Of a stretch of 64,000 nucleotides of DNA, positions 54,949-63,923 are shown in pieces. Each line of letters opens with the position of its first letter. Position 1 is the first letter of the stretch. Under the pieces are notes generated by a model, which worked only from the letters and a program-made list of their open reading frames with translations, made no database searches and was not told the DNA's origin. The stretch lies in contig JBEGNZ010000010.1 in assembly GCA_041182245.1 (NCBI GenBank), positions 3,252 to 67,251 on the forward strand. The letters are read 5' to 3'. Both the position numbers and the translations under genes were made by a program. The stretch is from Pseudomonadota bacterium (GTDB taxonomy: Bacteria; Pseudomonadota; Alphaproteobacteria; Caulobacterales; Caulobacteraceae).

Positions 54949-56586
54949 CTACCAGATCGCCTCACCCTCATGGTCGACAAAGCCGTCGGCTTCGAGGGCG
55001 GCGCGGAGGGGTTCTAGCTGTTGGCGATAGCGCTTCCATGCGCCCATGCCTTGGCGGTTGATTGGACTGCGGACCTGGGCCGAGCTGGCGGTGGAGACAC
55101 CTCGGTCAGACCGTTCCGGGCTTAGGCAGGCCGCCTCGAAGGTCAGGCGACAGCCGGTCAGCAGGACGCGAATCTGTGCTTCGGGATCATTGATCAAGGC
55201 CTCGAGCGTGATCTCAATAAGATTTGCGCCCACGATTTGGCGCCAATGGTCGGTCAGTTGGCGATAGAGCCGATAGTTGTCGGCCAGATCCTTCAGGCTA
55301 TAGGACCAAGGATAGGCTCCCCCGCCAAACAGCAGCCGGTAGGTGCCAAACAGGCTGTCCATCGGTGATCGGCGGACATGGACCATGGGCGCGGAGGGGA
55401 AGGCGTAGTTGAAATGGCCAACATAGAGATAGTTGTGCGGCAGTTTCTCGGTAAAGACCGGCGATCCATCCCTTAGATAGGCGGTAAAGTGCAGATAGGC
55501 CTGCGCCATCGCCTCGGGATCAGCCTTGGCGGCCGCTGCCATGACGGTGGGCGATAGGGGATCTGCGCGGGGGGTCTGTGAGGCTACGGCCACGGCCCTT
55601 TGCAGGCCGGTGGTTTCGCCGAGGGCTTGAACCTGACTGTGCGAGGATAGGATGGTCTCGACCAAGGTTGTGCCGGATCGCGGCAGGCCAAAGATCAAGA
55701 TCGGTTGCGCCGGGGTCTGGTTCGGCGTTGGGCGCGGTGCGGCAGCCTGAGGAAAGGCGGTGATCAGGGTTTGGGTAACGATTTGGCGCTCAGTAAGCGA
55801 AAAGGGCGATAGGGTTCCTGCTGTCTTTGACGCCTGTTCGAGCAGGGGCCAAGCCCGTTCTGGTTCGCCAAGGTCATCGTGAACCTTGAACAGGGCATAG
55901 CCCATCCGGGCCGCCGCTTCGCTGGTCGCGGATACCGCACCAAGCTGCCTTTCCAGCGCCATGGCCGGGTGATCGTGCTTGGTCCAGCGACGCAGGGATG
56001 CGAGGGCGGCGAAGAGATGGTCCTCTAGACCATCGCAGCGTCCGGCTAAGGCCGCCTCATAGCGCTGTCTGGCAAGGTCCAATCGGCCCATGAACCGATC
56101 AATATTGCCCAAAAGCAGAAGGGACTGGGCATCATCGGGCAGGGCGCTGACCGCCTCGTGGGCCAGACCCTCTGCCTCGCTAAACAGCCCTGCAATGGTC
56201 AAGGCGGTGGCGACCACGCGCTTGGCCTGGGGCGACAACAGATCGAGCGCGGCGGCCTGCCGGGCCTGAGCTACGGCCTCATCCATCTTGCCGAGATTGG
56301 CCAGGGCCAGCGCCCGATCCGCAGCCAGATCGGCGTGAAAGGGATCGGAGACGGGGAACTGTCTCATGGCCATGGCCATAGCCTTTTCCGCATCGCCGCT
56401 ACCAATGCCGGTTAGGGCTGAGCAGAGCAGAGACCAGGCCTCTTTGGACTTCGGGGCCTGCCGGGTGACCGCCTCGGCCGCGCGACCCGCCGCTTCCCAG
56501 TCCTTGCGCAGCAGGGCTTGGCCGCCCCTGTCGAGCAGGGCCGCAAGGTCTGGCCTGATCTGGCCTCGAACATCGGTCACGGTCAT
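54949..56586 (-). CDS. TPR-repeat protein fused to a sulfotransferase domain
   Basis: PAPS 5'-phosphosulfate-binding-type loop IFGLPRSGTTLVETILSSH. N-terminal TPR helices. The ATG at 56586 has AAGGA 8 nt upstream; the track start at 56640 abuts the terminator U-tract. Confidence 0.8.
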   Translation of the reverse strand: MTVTDVRGQIRPDLAALLDRGGQALLRKDWEAAGRAAEAVTRQAPKSKEAWSLLCSALTGIGSGDAEKAMAMAMRQFPVSDPFHADLAADRALALANLGKMDEAVAQARQAAALDLLSPQAKRVVATALTIAGLFSEAEGLAHEAVSALPDDAQSLLLLGNIDRFMGRLDLARQRYEAALAGRCDGLEDHLFAALASLRRWTKHDHPAMALERQLGAVSATSEAAARMGYALFKVHDDLGEPERAWPLLEQASKTAGTLSPFSLTERQIVTQTLITAFPQAAAPRPTPNQTPAQPILIFGLPRSGTTLVETILSSHSQVQALGETTGLQRAVAVASQTPRADPLSPTVMAAAAKADPEAMAQAYLHFTAYLRDGSPVFTEKLPHNYLYVGHFNYAFPSAPMVHVRRSPMDSLFGTYRLLFGGGAYPWSYSLKDLADNYRLYRQLTDHWRQIVGANLIEITLEALINDPEAQIRVLLTGCRLTFEAACLSPERSDRGVSTASSAQVRSPINRQGMGAWKRYRQQLEPLRAALEADGFVDHEGEAIW

Positions 56587-56640
56587 TTGTCGTCCTTGAT
56601 TGACCAGACTATGGCCCGACGGACCCTCTTCGTCGCCCAT

Positions 56641-56675
56641 AAAAAAGGGGCGGCAGAGGATGTCTCTGCCGCCCC
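56641..56675 (-). terminator. Rho-independent terminator after receptor 2
   Basis: On the minus strand, GGGGCGGCAGAG pairs with CTCTGCCGCCCC (12 bp perfect, 5-nt loop), followed by TTTTTT. Stem and loop resemble the terminator at 53711. Confidence 0.8.
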
Positions 56676-56700
56676 AATTCTTTAGTCGACTGGCTTCAGA

Positions 56701-59700
56701 TTAGAAGCGCAGACGTGCCGCGACGTTGAACGTACGGCCAAGGACGCGATAGACCTGTGGGTCCGTGTTGCCCTGGCTGAACACGCCAGCGATGAACTGC
56801 GGGGGATCCTTGTCCAACAGGTTACCGATGTTGGCGTTCAGTTGCAGGTTGTCATTGACGTTCCAACGACCGGAAAGATCGATGTAGCTGGCGGCTTCGG
56901 TCTTTGGCAGAACCAGACCATAGTCGGCATTTTCATCGGTCATTTCAGGTGTGTAGGTCCAGCGAGCCTGCACCATCCAGTCACCCAACTGATACGAACC
57001 GGTCATGACCGACTTGTACTCAGGTGTGGAACCGCTGATGCCTGCGTCGGTGTAACCCTTACGCTCAACGCCGTTGGTGGCGTAGCTGTCAAGGATCGAG
57101 ATCAGGGCGTTGAACGAGATACGTCCAGGGGCACCCTTGATTGCTTCACCGAGGTCAAAGCGATAGTCGCCTTGAATATCGAAACCCTTGGTGACGATTT
57201 CCGACAGGTTGGCGATCGAGGTGTTGATGCTGTCGATTTGACCGGTAACGGCATTACGCGTGATCTTGGCGCATTCGTTAGCCTGCAGGCTGACATAGCA
57301 ACGGCTGAGAACAGTACTGGCACCGATGGAGCCCACTGCGTCCTCAATCTTGATGTCAAAATAGTCTACGGACATCTTCAGATCGCCAACAGGCAGGAAG
57401 GTCGGTTGGAACACAACACCAGCGGTGAAGGTCTTGCCCGTTTCCGGCTTCAAGTTCGGGTTACCGAACGAAAGGGCCTGAACCTGGCTGTTGTTGGCCG
57501 CAAAGCCGGTAAAGCTGACACCTGGCGCTTGCGCGTTACAGATGGCCAGAATAGCGGCCGTACGGTTAGCCGAGTCGCGGCAAGGGTCCGTGTAGGACGG
57601 GAAGCCCTGGTCACCGTTCTGGAACAGTTCGAACACGCTTGGGGCGCGAACGGCCTTGTTGTAGACGGAACGGAACTTCAGCCAATCAACCACGGCCCAC
57701 TCGCCACCGACCTTGTAGGTTTCGGTCGAGCCAATGGTGTCATAGTCCGAATAGCGATAGCCGCCTTCGAGGCCGACATATTTGGCGAAGGGAAGGTCCT
57801 TCACCAAGGGAACGCCGACTTCGCCGTACAGTTCCTGTACAACCACCGAACCGCGCTGGTTTTGGATGGCGTTGAAGCCATAGATGTTGGCAGACGCTTG
57901 GGCAGCGTCCACATCCAAGGCCGCGCGGGATTCGCGATATTCATAACCGAGCACGGTCGAGACCGGGCCAGCAGGCAGTTGGAAGGCATCGCCACGCACG
58001 AAGGCCGCCAAACGACGCTCTTCATAGGTGTTGAGCTGATGCGTATCGGTGCGCAGGAACTTCACCGCTTCGGCAGACAGCTTGTTCTGGCCAAAGATGT
58101 CGGTGATCACGCAGCCAGGAAGGGCTGCAGCCGTATTTGCAGGTCCAGGAACGCCGAGCGACGTCGTGGAGCCGGAAACGGGCGCCTGACAGCCGGAAAG
58201 GCCTTGACCAATCGCAGTCTTGTTCAGGTTGTTGCGCAGCGTCTGAGCGAAGTGGGTGCGTCCATAGGTGCTGGTCGCGCTCCAGTTCCAGTTGTCGTTG
58301 ATCTCGCCGTCCAAGGTGGCCAGCAGGGTCAAGGATTGGTTCTCATATTCACCAACCCGCGGGCCGAGCTGCAAGGAGCGCCAGTCCATCGTGAAGTTCG
58401 CCGTTGGGTTCGGACGCGAAGCCAGAGCAGCGGCCAAATCGGGGTGAGCCGAATTGATGTAGGACTGCATGGCCGAGGTCAGAACAACGGTCAGGCCCGT
58501 CGCTGGCGTTGCGGCCAGCTGAACGCCTGAACGGCTGTCGATGTAAGAAATTTGCGTCTTCAGCTTCAGCTTTGGATTGATCTGATAGGAACCAAAGCTG
58601 CTGATCGCATAACGTTCGGCAGGGATAATGATGTTGTTGGTGGGCGCATAGTTATAACGCGACGAACCGGCAGCGCGGTCAGGAACCGAACAGGCTTTTG
58701 ATATGAAGCGTGGGGTCAGCTTGCCCGCATCGTTGAACGACAGGCTACCTGTGTTGACGGCAACGCCTGGCGTGGCGGCATTACAGTCGGTGTCCGCTGC
58801 TGCGAACTGAGCCGAAGTGGCTGGGTTGCTGGCCAGCAAACGGAAGGGGTTTGCGGCGTTGTTCGCGATCCAGCCCCAAGGTGGGGTGCCCGAACCGCCC
58901 GAAGCGAAGGTATAGAGGGGGGTCTTGGCGTTCTGAGCATTCCACTCTGCAGCGCTGTCGATGACATAGCCATTGTAGCTGGAGTCATAATAGGCCCCGG
59001 CCGAAACCCGCGACCAATCGAACTCGCTCTGCAGGACCGGGTCGCGCTTATAGTAAGACGCGTACATGGTCATGTTACCCTTGCCATTGGCAAAGTTACC
59101 GCCAAGCAGGCCTTCGAGGTTGAAGTCCTTGGCCAGTCGGCCATCCATGCTGCCGCCGGTTTGAGCGGAGATTTCAGCGCCTTCGTAATTGTCCTTCAGC
59201 ACGAAGTTGACAACGCCGGCCATAGCGTCCGAGCCGTAAACGGCCGAGGCACCACCAGTGAGGACTTCGATACGGTCGATCAGACCGGCTGGGATGGTGT
59301 TCAGGTCAACCACGCCGGTGGTCGAAGAACCGGGGACGCGTTCGCCATTGACCACGACGAGCGTACGGTTTGCACCGAGGCCGCGAAGGTCGATCGTCGC
59401 AAAGTCTTCGCCGCCCGAATTGTTGGAGGTGACGGTGTTACCCGGAACGATCTGTGGCAGTTCGTTCAGCAGCTGCTCAACCGCGATGGTACCGGTCAGC
59501 TTCAGTTGCTCGCTGCCGACGGTGGCAACGGGGCTGGTGGCCACGAAGTCTTTGCGCTGCAAGCGCGAACCGGTGACGACGATTTCGGTAACTTCGGTAT
59601 CAGAATTTGCAGCGTCTTGAGCGTAGGCAGGCGCAGCGAAGATCGCTAGCGCACCGCACAACATCGTTGACGCCATAACGCGTCCGCGGGTTGAGCCAAT

Positions 59701-59706
59701 TTTCAT
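56701..59706 (-). CDS. TonB-dependent receptor (1001 aa), paralogue of 50760..53687
   Basis: Signal peptide ending PAYAQD. Plug motifs IVVTGSRL, DLRGLG, VNGERV and IEVLTGGASAVYGSDAMAGVVNFV. C-terminal ...AARLRF. Confidence 0.9.
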   Translation of the reverse strand: MKIGSTRGRVMASTMLCGALAIFAAPAYAQDAANSDTEVTEIVVTGSRLQRKDFVATSPVATVGSEQLKLTGTIAVEQLLNELPQIVPGNTVTSNNSGGEDFATIDLRGLGANRTLVVVNGERVPGSSTTGVVDLNTIPAGLIDRIEVLTGGASAVYGSDAMAGVVNFVLKDNYEGAEISAQTGGSMDGRLAKDFNLEGLLGGNFANGKGNMTMYASYYKRDPVLQSEFDWSRVSAGAYYDSSYNGYVIDSAAEWNAQNAKTPLYTFASGGSGTPPWGWIANNAANPFRLLASNPATSAQFAAADTDCNAATPGVAVNTGSLSFNDAGKLTPRFISKACSVPDRAAGSSRYNYAPTNNIIIPAERYAISSFGSYQINPKLKLKTQISYIDSRSGVQLAATPATGLTVVLTSAMQSYINSAHPDLAAALASRPNPTANFTMDWRSLQLGPRVGEYENQSLTLLATLDGEINDNWNWSATSTYGRTHFAQTLRNNLNKTAIGQGLSGCQAPVSGSTTSLGVPGPANTAAALPGCVITDIFGQNKLSAEAVKFLRTDTHQLNTYEERRLAAFVRGDAFQLPAGPVSTVLGYEYRESRAALDVDAAQASANIYGFNAIQNQRGSVVVQELYGEVGVPLVKDLPFAKYVGLEGGYRYSDYDTIGSTETYKVGGEWAVVDWLKFRSVYNKAVRAPSVFELFQNGDQGFPSYTDPCRDSANRTAAILAICNAQAPGVSFTGFAANNSQVQALSFGNPNLKPETGKTFTAGVVFQPTFLPVGDLKMSVDYFDIKIEDAVGSIGASTVLSRCYVSLQANECAKITRNAVTGQIDSINTSIANLSEIVTKGFDIQGDYRFDLGEAIKGAPGRISFNALISILDSYATNGVERKGYTDAGISGSTPEYKSVMTGSYQLGDWMVQARWTYTPEMTDENADYGLVLPKTEAASYIDLSGRWNVNDNLQLNANIGNLLDKDPPQFIAGVFSQGNTDPQVYRVLGRTFNVAARLRF

Positions 59707-59793
59707 TATCTAAATCCCCCTCCAAGGTGATTGATACGGTCTTGAGACGGCGTCACCCAAAGGGTATGCGCCACCATGACGAAGGGCCTTCGC

Positions 59794-59807
59794 CTATCGT
59801 ACGATAG
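59794..59807. promoter_or_regulatory. Perfect 14-bp palindrome CTATCGTACGATAG upstream of receptor 2
   Basis: Read directly. 88 to 101 nt upstream of the start codon at 59706. Confidence 0.45.
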
Positions 59808-59979
59808 TTTCCACTATTGATACCTGAGGTGCGGGGTCAACCGTAAGGTCACAAAATGGTCACTGTTACGTCATGCCTGTCGCATAATCGCAACGGTTCC
59901 GGGCGTACATTCCAGGCTAAGGGGCATGTCTCACCTTGAGCCTGCCCTTTTGAGGATATTTCGTCTGACTGTGCGGGAT

Positions 59980-61638
59980 CTATGCCCGACGCTGCGGTTT
60001 CGTCTCGTCCTGTTGGGGCTCAGTTTCGGGTAGGACATCAAAGGCGAGGCTCATTCGGCCAGCCTCTCCGCCAAAGGGGACGGTTCCGTGCCACATATAG
60101 GATGGAAAGAGGGCCAGAAGCCCAGATTTGGGTTGAATGAAATGGCCCGCCTCTAGGGTCGGGGCGGTCGGCGTTGGCGGGGCACCAAGCCGAAGCCAGC
60201 CTTCCTGCCGGTCGGTCGCCTGCACCTGCGGCGGTACCTCGGCATAGAAGGCCGACGAGATCCAACCGTTGGGATGGATATGATCCACGTGAAAACCTTG
60301 TGGTCTCAGCCGGACGGACCAAGCCTCGTCGATCCGATGCTCCCCAACATTGCGACGCCTTAGCAGGTCTGGGCCTTGGCCAAGGTGATTGCGATAGGTC
60401 AGGATCGGGCCCTTGATGGCTTGGAAGAAGGCGGCAATCACAGGGTCGTCGCTGGTGACCAGATTATGCGAGGTTTGCGAACCGCCCCGGATTGACTGTT
60501 CAATCGGGTGAGCCTTGAGCAGATGGACGCTGTTGAGGGATGAGCGCAAGTCATCCAGAAAATCAGTGAGGTGCGTCCAGCCCGCCGGGCAGTCGATCAT
60601 CAGGGCCTGAACCACTGCGGGATAGTTATAGAGATCGCCCAATCGGGGATCGCCGCTCAGCCGCCAGGCGCTGGTCAGGTCGGCAATAGCTTGCTGGTCG
60701 CACGGTTGCTCTGCGACCAGTTCCGCAGCGAGGTCTGCGGCCGCCTTAGCTTCGCCCAGCGCCAATAGGGCTTGAATGACGGCCTTTTTGGGCAGTCGCT
60801 CGCCTGGAAAGCGGGCCACCAACTGCTGGGCTATGGCCAGAGCGTCCGCGGGATTGTCCTTTAAGAGAAGCCAGCTCATTTCAAGAGCTAAGCGCGGGTC
60901 CTGCCCGATGGCAGCAATCTCGGTTCTGGCCAAGGCCAGCGCAGCGGCCTCACCATGGATGTGGCTGAGTAAGCGCAGCTTGACCAACAATAGATCGCTC
61001 TGTCCCTTTGACCGTGTGAGGGCCTGATCGACGGGGGCGAGGGCAGCAGCGGCATCACCGGTCGACATCCAGATCAGGTGACTAAGGTCACGCAGTGCCT
61101 CGGCATAGTTCGGGCGAAGCGAAAGAGCCGCTTCAAAGGCCTGTTTGGCACGATCAAATTGCCGAAGGCCTTGCAGGCCCCGGCCAAGGATGAGGAGCGT
61201 TTCCGGGGCCCGGCCGCCAAGCCGCAAGGCCCGCTCGGCTTCGGCGACGGCATCCTGATCTCGGCCAAGATCAGCAAAGCCTGCGGCAACATTGTGGGCG
61301 GCAATCGGATCATGGGCGGCGAGCTTGGCAGCGGCTTGGTACTGGACCAGAGACCCTCTCTTATTGCCTAGGGCCTTTAGTGCAGCCGCCCGCAGAGATT
61401 GGAGTTCAAAGCTTGCCCCCTCCTTGCGACAAAAGGGCCGCAGAAGGGTTTCGGCCTCGTCGGCCGCGCCCTTCGCCAAGAGTATCTCGGCGAGAAATTC
61501 GGCGGCGGGAGCACAGCCCCGTTCACGCTTGAGCAATTGGCGGCAAGCCTGCTCCGCCTGGCCCAGATGACCGGCTTGAATAAGGGCTTGGATCGCATTC
61601 AGATTTTGCGCGGTGGCCGCTGACAAAGGCCGGGTCAT
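59980..61638 (-). CDS. TPR-repeat protein fused to a putative 2OG-Fe(II) oxygenase domain (TIGR02466-like)
   Basis: C-terminal HVDHIHPNGWISSAFYAEVP ... LFPSYMWHGTVPF. Long N-terminal TPR region. No signal peptide. Confidence 0.75.
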   Translation of the reverse strand: MTRPLSAATAQNLNAIQALIQAGHLGQAEQACRQLLKRERGCAPAAEFLAEILLAKGAADEAETLLRPFCRKEGASFELQSLRAAALKALGNKRGSLVQYQAAAKLAAHDPIAAHNVAAGFADLGRDQDAVAEAERALRLGGRAPETLLILGRGLQGLRQFDRAKQAFEAALSLRPNYAEALRDLSHLIWMSTGDAAAALAPVDQALTRSKGQSDLLLVKLRLLSHIHGEAAALALARTEIAAIGQDPRLALEMSWLLLKDNPADALAIAQQLVARFPGERLPKKAVIQALLALGEAKAAADLAAELVAEQPCDQQAIADLTSAWRLSGDPRLGDLYNYPAVVQALMIDCPAGWTHLTDFLDDLRSSLNSVHLLKAHPIEQSIRGGSQTSHNLVTSDDPVIAAFFQAIKGPILTYRNHLGQGPDLLRRRNVGEHRIDEAWSVRLRPQGFHVDHIHPNGWISSAFYAEVPPQVQATDRQEGWLRLGAPPTPTAPTLEAGHFIQPKSGLLALFPSYMWHGTVPFGGEAGRMSLAFDVLPETEPQQDETKPQRRA

Positions 61639-61841
61639 TGGCGTGGATGTTCGCTAATCATCTCGTGATCATCCGCGAATGGTTTCAAACAAGTCAATAT
61701 GTTGAGCCGAAAATTCAGTCCGAAATTTATATTAGGATCAGCTAAACTATAATCGGTTTGGTTGTTAAACTAATTTAACTGGAGAACGTCCCCGCAATAG
61801 TTCATTTTAAATAGGAACCCGAAATACAACCTAGGTGAGCC

Positions 61842-63923
61842 ATGATGAACCGGTTAAATGCCCCTTCTTTCCGACTTGCGCACTGGTTCGTCGCCCTGAC
61901 CCTAGCTTGGGTGCCCACCATCGCCTCTGCTCGGGTGCCAATTGATGAGTTGGTGGGCTATGGCGAAGTCCGCAGTCCCGTGATCTCAAAGGACGGGGTT
62001 CACCTCGCAGCCATTCGGCGTGAGGCCGTGGGCGATGTCCTGATCCTTGCCGACCTAAAGACCGGCGACATCAAGCCTGTTCATGTCGCGCGTGCCGATC
62101 AGAACATGCAGCTGGGCTTTGTCCGTTTTAAGGGCAATGGCCGTCTGGTCTTTAGCTTTAGCCAGCGGATTCACGTCGTGCCGGGCTCTGGCGGTGTGAA
62201 AAAGACGGAAATTGTCGAAGACGGCTTCATCAATGTTGGGCGGGTCTATTCGAGTAATCTCGACGGATCGGACCTGATCTCACTCTACGATCCCTCATCG
62301 CAGCAGGGTTATCCGCGTACGGTGAGCACGCGGGTGGTCAGCCTGCTTGAACAGTCTGAAACCGACGTTCTGATCGTCGCCCCGAAGGCGGGAGGCTCAG
62401 AGCTTTGGAAGGTCAATGTTCGCGACGGCAAGCGCGAGATTGTTGATCGCGGTCAGGACAATACCTTCAACTGGGTGGTCGACAGCGACGGTGTGCCCGT
62501 CCTGCGTCAGGACGTCATTGCTGGCGGTAAGGGCTTTATGTGGTCGCGGCGCGCGCGCGGTGAGCAGGACTGGAAGGAAGTGGTTCGCTTCCGGGGTGCA
62601 GAGGGGGCCAATTCAGGTCCAACCTTTGTGGGTGAGGGGCCGACCGACAAGCCCGGTCAGGCCTTTGTTCTGGCCCGCAAGGATGGCGACGACACCTCCG
62701 GTCTCTATCGCTATGACACCAATACCGGCACCTATCTCGAAACCCTACAGACAGTGGCCGGTCATGACGTGACCGACTCCCTGATCAATCCTTATAATAA
62801 TAAGCTTCTGGCCGCCTGCTGGCTGGCCTATCGGGTCGCGTGCGAGCCTAAGGACCCTGCCTTTGGCCGCCAATGGACCGCGCTCAATCGGGCCCTTGGT
62901 GACAAGGTCAATGTGCAACTGACCAGCATTGGCGGGGCGGATATGGACCAATGGATCGTCCAAACCAACGGTCCAAAGGATCTTGGCACCTACTATCTGT
63001 TTGACCTGAAGGCCAAGCGGTTAGAGGTCCTGTTCCAACAGCGTCCCAATGTGGCCGAGGCTGATCTGCCTGACGAACAGGTACTGGAATATACCACCAG
63101 CGATGGCCAGAAGCAGTGGGGCTATCTGTGGACCCCGCCCGGCATCACGGACATCAAGAACCTTCCGACCGTGATTGTGCCTCACGGGGGTCCTGAGGGC
63201 CGCGACATTTGGGGTTTTGACCCGATGGCCACGACCTTGGCCAGTCAGGGCTATGCGGTGTTCCAGCCCAACTTCCGAGGCGGCGGCGGCTTTGGTCGCA
63301 AGTTTGTAGAGGCAGGCCATGGTCAGTGGGGCGAGCGGATGCAGGAGGATGTGGCCGACGCCACGCGCAACCTGATCGCCCAAGGCATAACCGATCCCAA
63401 GCGGATCTGCGTCTTTGGCTGGTCCTATGGCGGCTATGTGGCCATGACCGCGAGCTACAAAAATAAGGACCTGTTCAAGTGCGCGGTGGCGGGCGCGGGT
63501 GTCTCTGACCTTGTCGAGATGCAGCGCTGGGTTCGAGACGGCACCACCAACAAGAAAGAGGTCATATCGGGCGGCGGCAGCGGCGCGCAGAGCATGACCT
63601 ACAAATATTGGCTGCAGGCCATCGGCGATCCGGAAAAGGTGCGGGATCGCTTGATCAGCAATTCGGCGGCCCGCAACGCTGCTTCTGTGGGCATGCCGCT
63701 ACTATTGATCCATGGCGACAAGGACCAGACCGTGCCGATTGAGCAGAGCCAACTGATGCAAAGGGCCATGGAAAAGGCTGGCAAGCCCGTCAGGCTGCTG
63801 GCCGTCAAGGATACGGATCATTATTTCACCCCTATGCAGGGTCCGGCTTGGAAGACGATCCTGACCGAGGCCACCGCCTTTATCGGTCAGAATATTGGCC
63901 CGGGGGTCGAGCCCGCGAAATAG
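61842..63923 (+). CDS. Secreted S9-family serine peptidase (prolyl oligopeptidase/dipeptidyl peptidase type)
   Basis: Signal peptide ending IASA, N-terminal beta-propeller-like region, nucleophile elbow GWSYGGY, and late D...H (VKDTDHYF). Confidence 0.85.
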   Translation: MMNRLNAPSFRLAHWFVALTLAWVPTIASARVPIDELVGYGEVRSPVISKDGVHLAAIRREAVGDVLILADLKTGDIKPVHVARADQNMQLGFVRFKGNGRLVFSFSQRIHVVPGSGGVKKTEIVEDGFINVGRVYSSNLDGSDLISLYDPSSQQGYPRTVSTRVVSLLEQSETDVLIVAPKAGGSELWKVNVRDGKREIVDRGQDNTFNWVVDSDGVPVLRQDVIAGGKGFMWSRRARGEQDWKEVVRFRGAEGANSGPTFVGEGPTDKPGQAFVLARKDGDDTSGLYRYDTNTGTYLETLQTVAGHDVTDSLINPYNNKLLAACWLAYRVACEPKDPAFGRQWTALNRALGDKVNVQLTSIGGADMDQWIVQTNGPKDLGTYYLFDLKAKRLEVLFQQRPNVAEADLPDEQVLEYTTSDGQKQWGYLWTPPGITDIKNLPTVIVPHGGPEGRDIWGFDPMATTLASQGYAVFQPNFRGGGGFGRKFVEAGHGQWGERMQEDVADATRNLIAQGITDPKRICVFGWSYGGYVAMTASYKNKDLFKCAVAGAGVSDLVEMQRWVRDGTTNKKEVISGGGSGAQSMTYKYWLQAIGDPEKVRDRLISNSAARNAASVGMPLLLIHGDKDQTVPIEQSQLMQRAMEKAGKPVRLLAVKDTDHYFTPMQGPAWKTILTEATAFIGQNIGPGVEPAK

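Noticed and set aside
56842-58530. Very long ORFs antisense to confident genes: 56842..58530 (+), 48937..50250 (-), 20365..21387 (+), 16692..17579 (-), 10817..11605 (+), 45213..46154 (+), 30108..30803 (-), 36904..37773 (-) and others
   Set aside because: Each lies entirely inside, and opposite to, a gene with clear family motifs. Their translations are Arg/Gly/Ala/Asp-rich without recognisable domains. This is the expected stop-codon-poor antisense frame of high-GC coding DNA.
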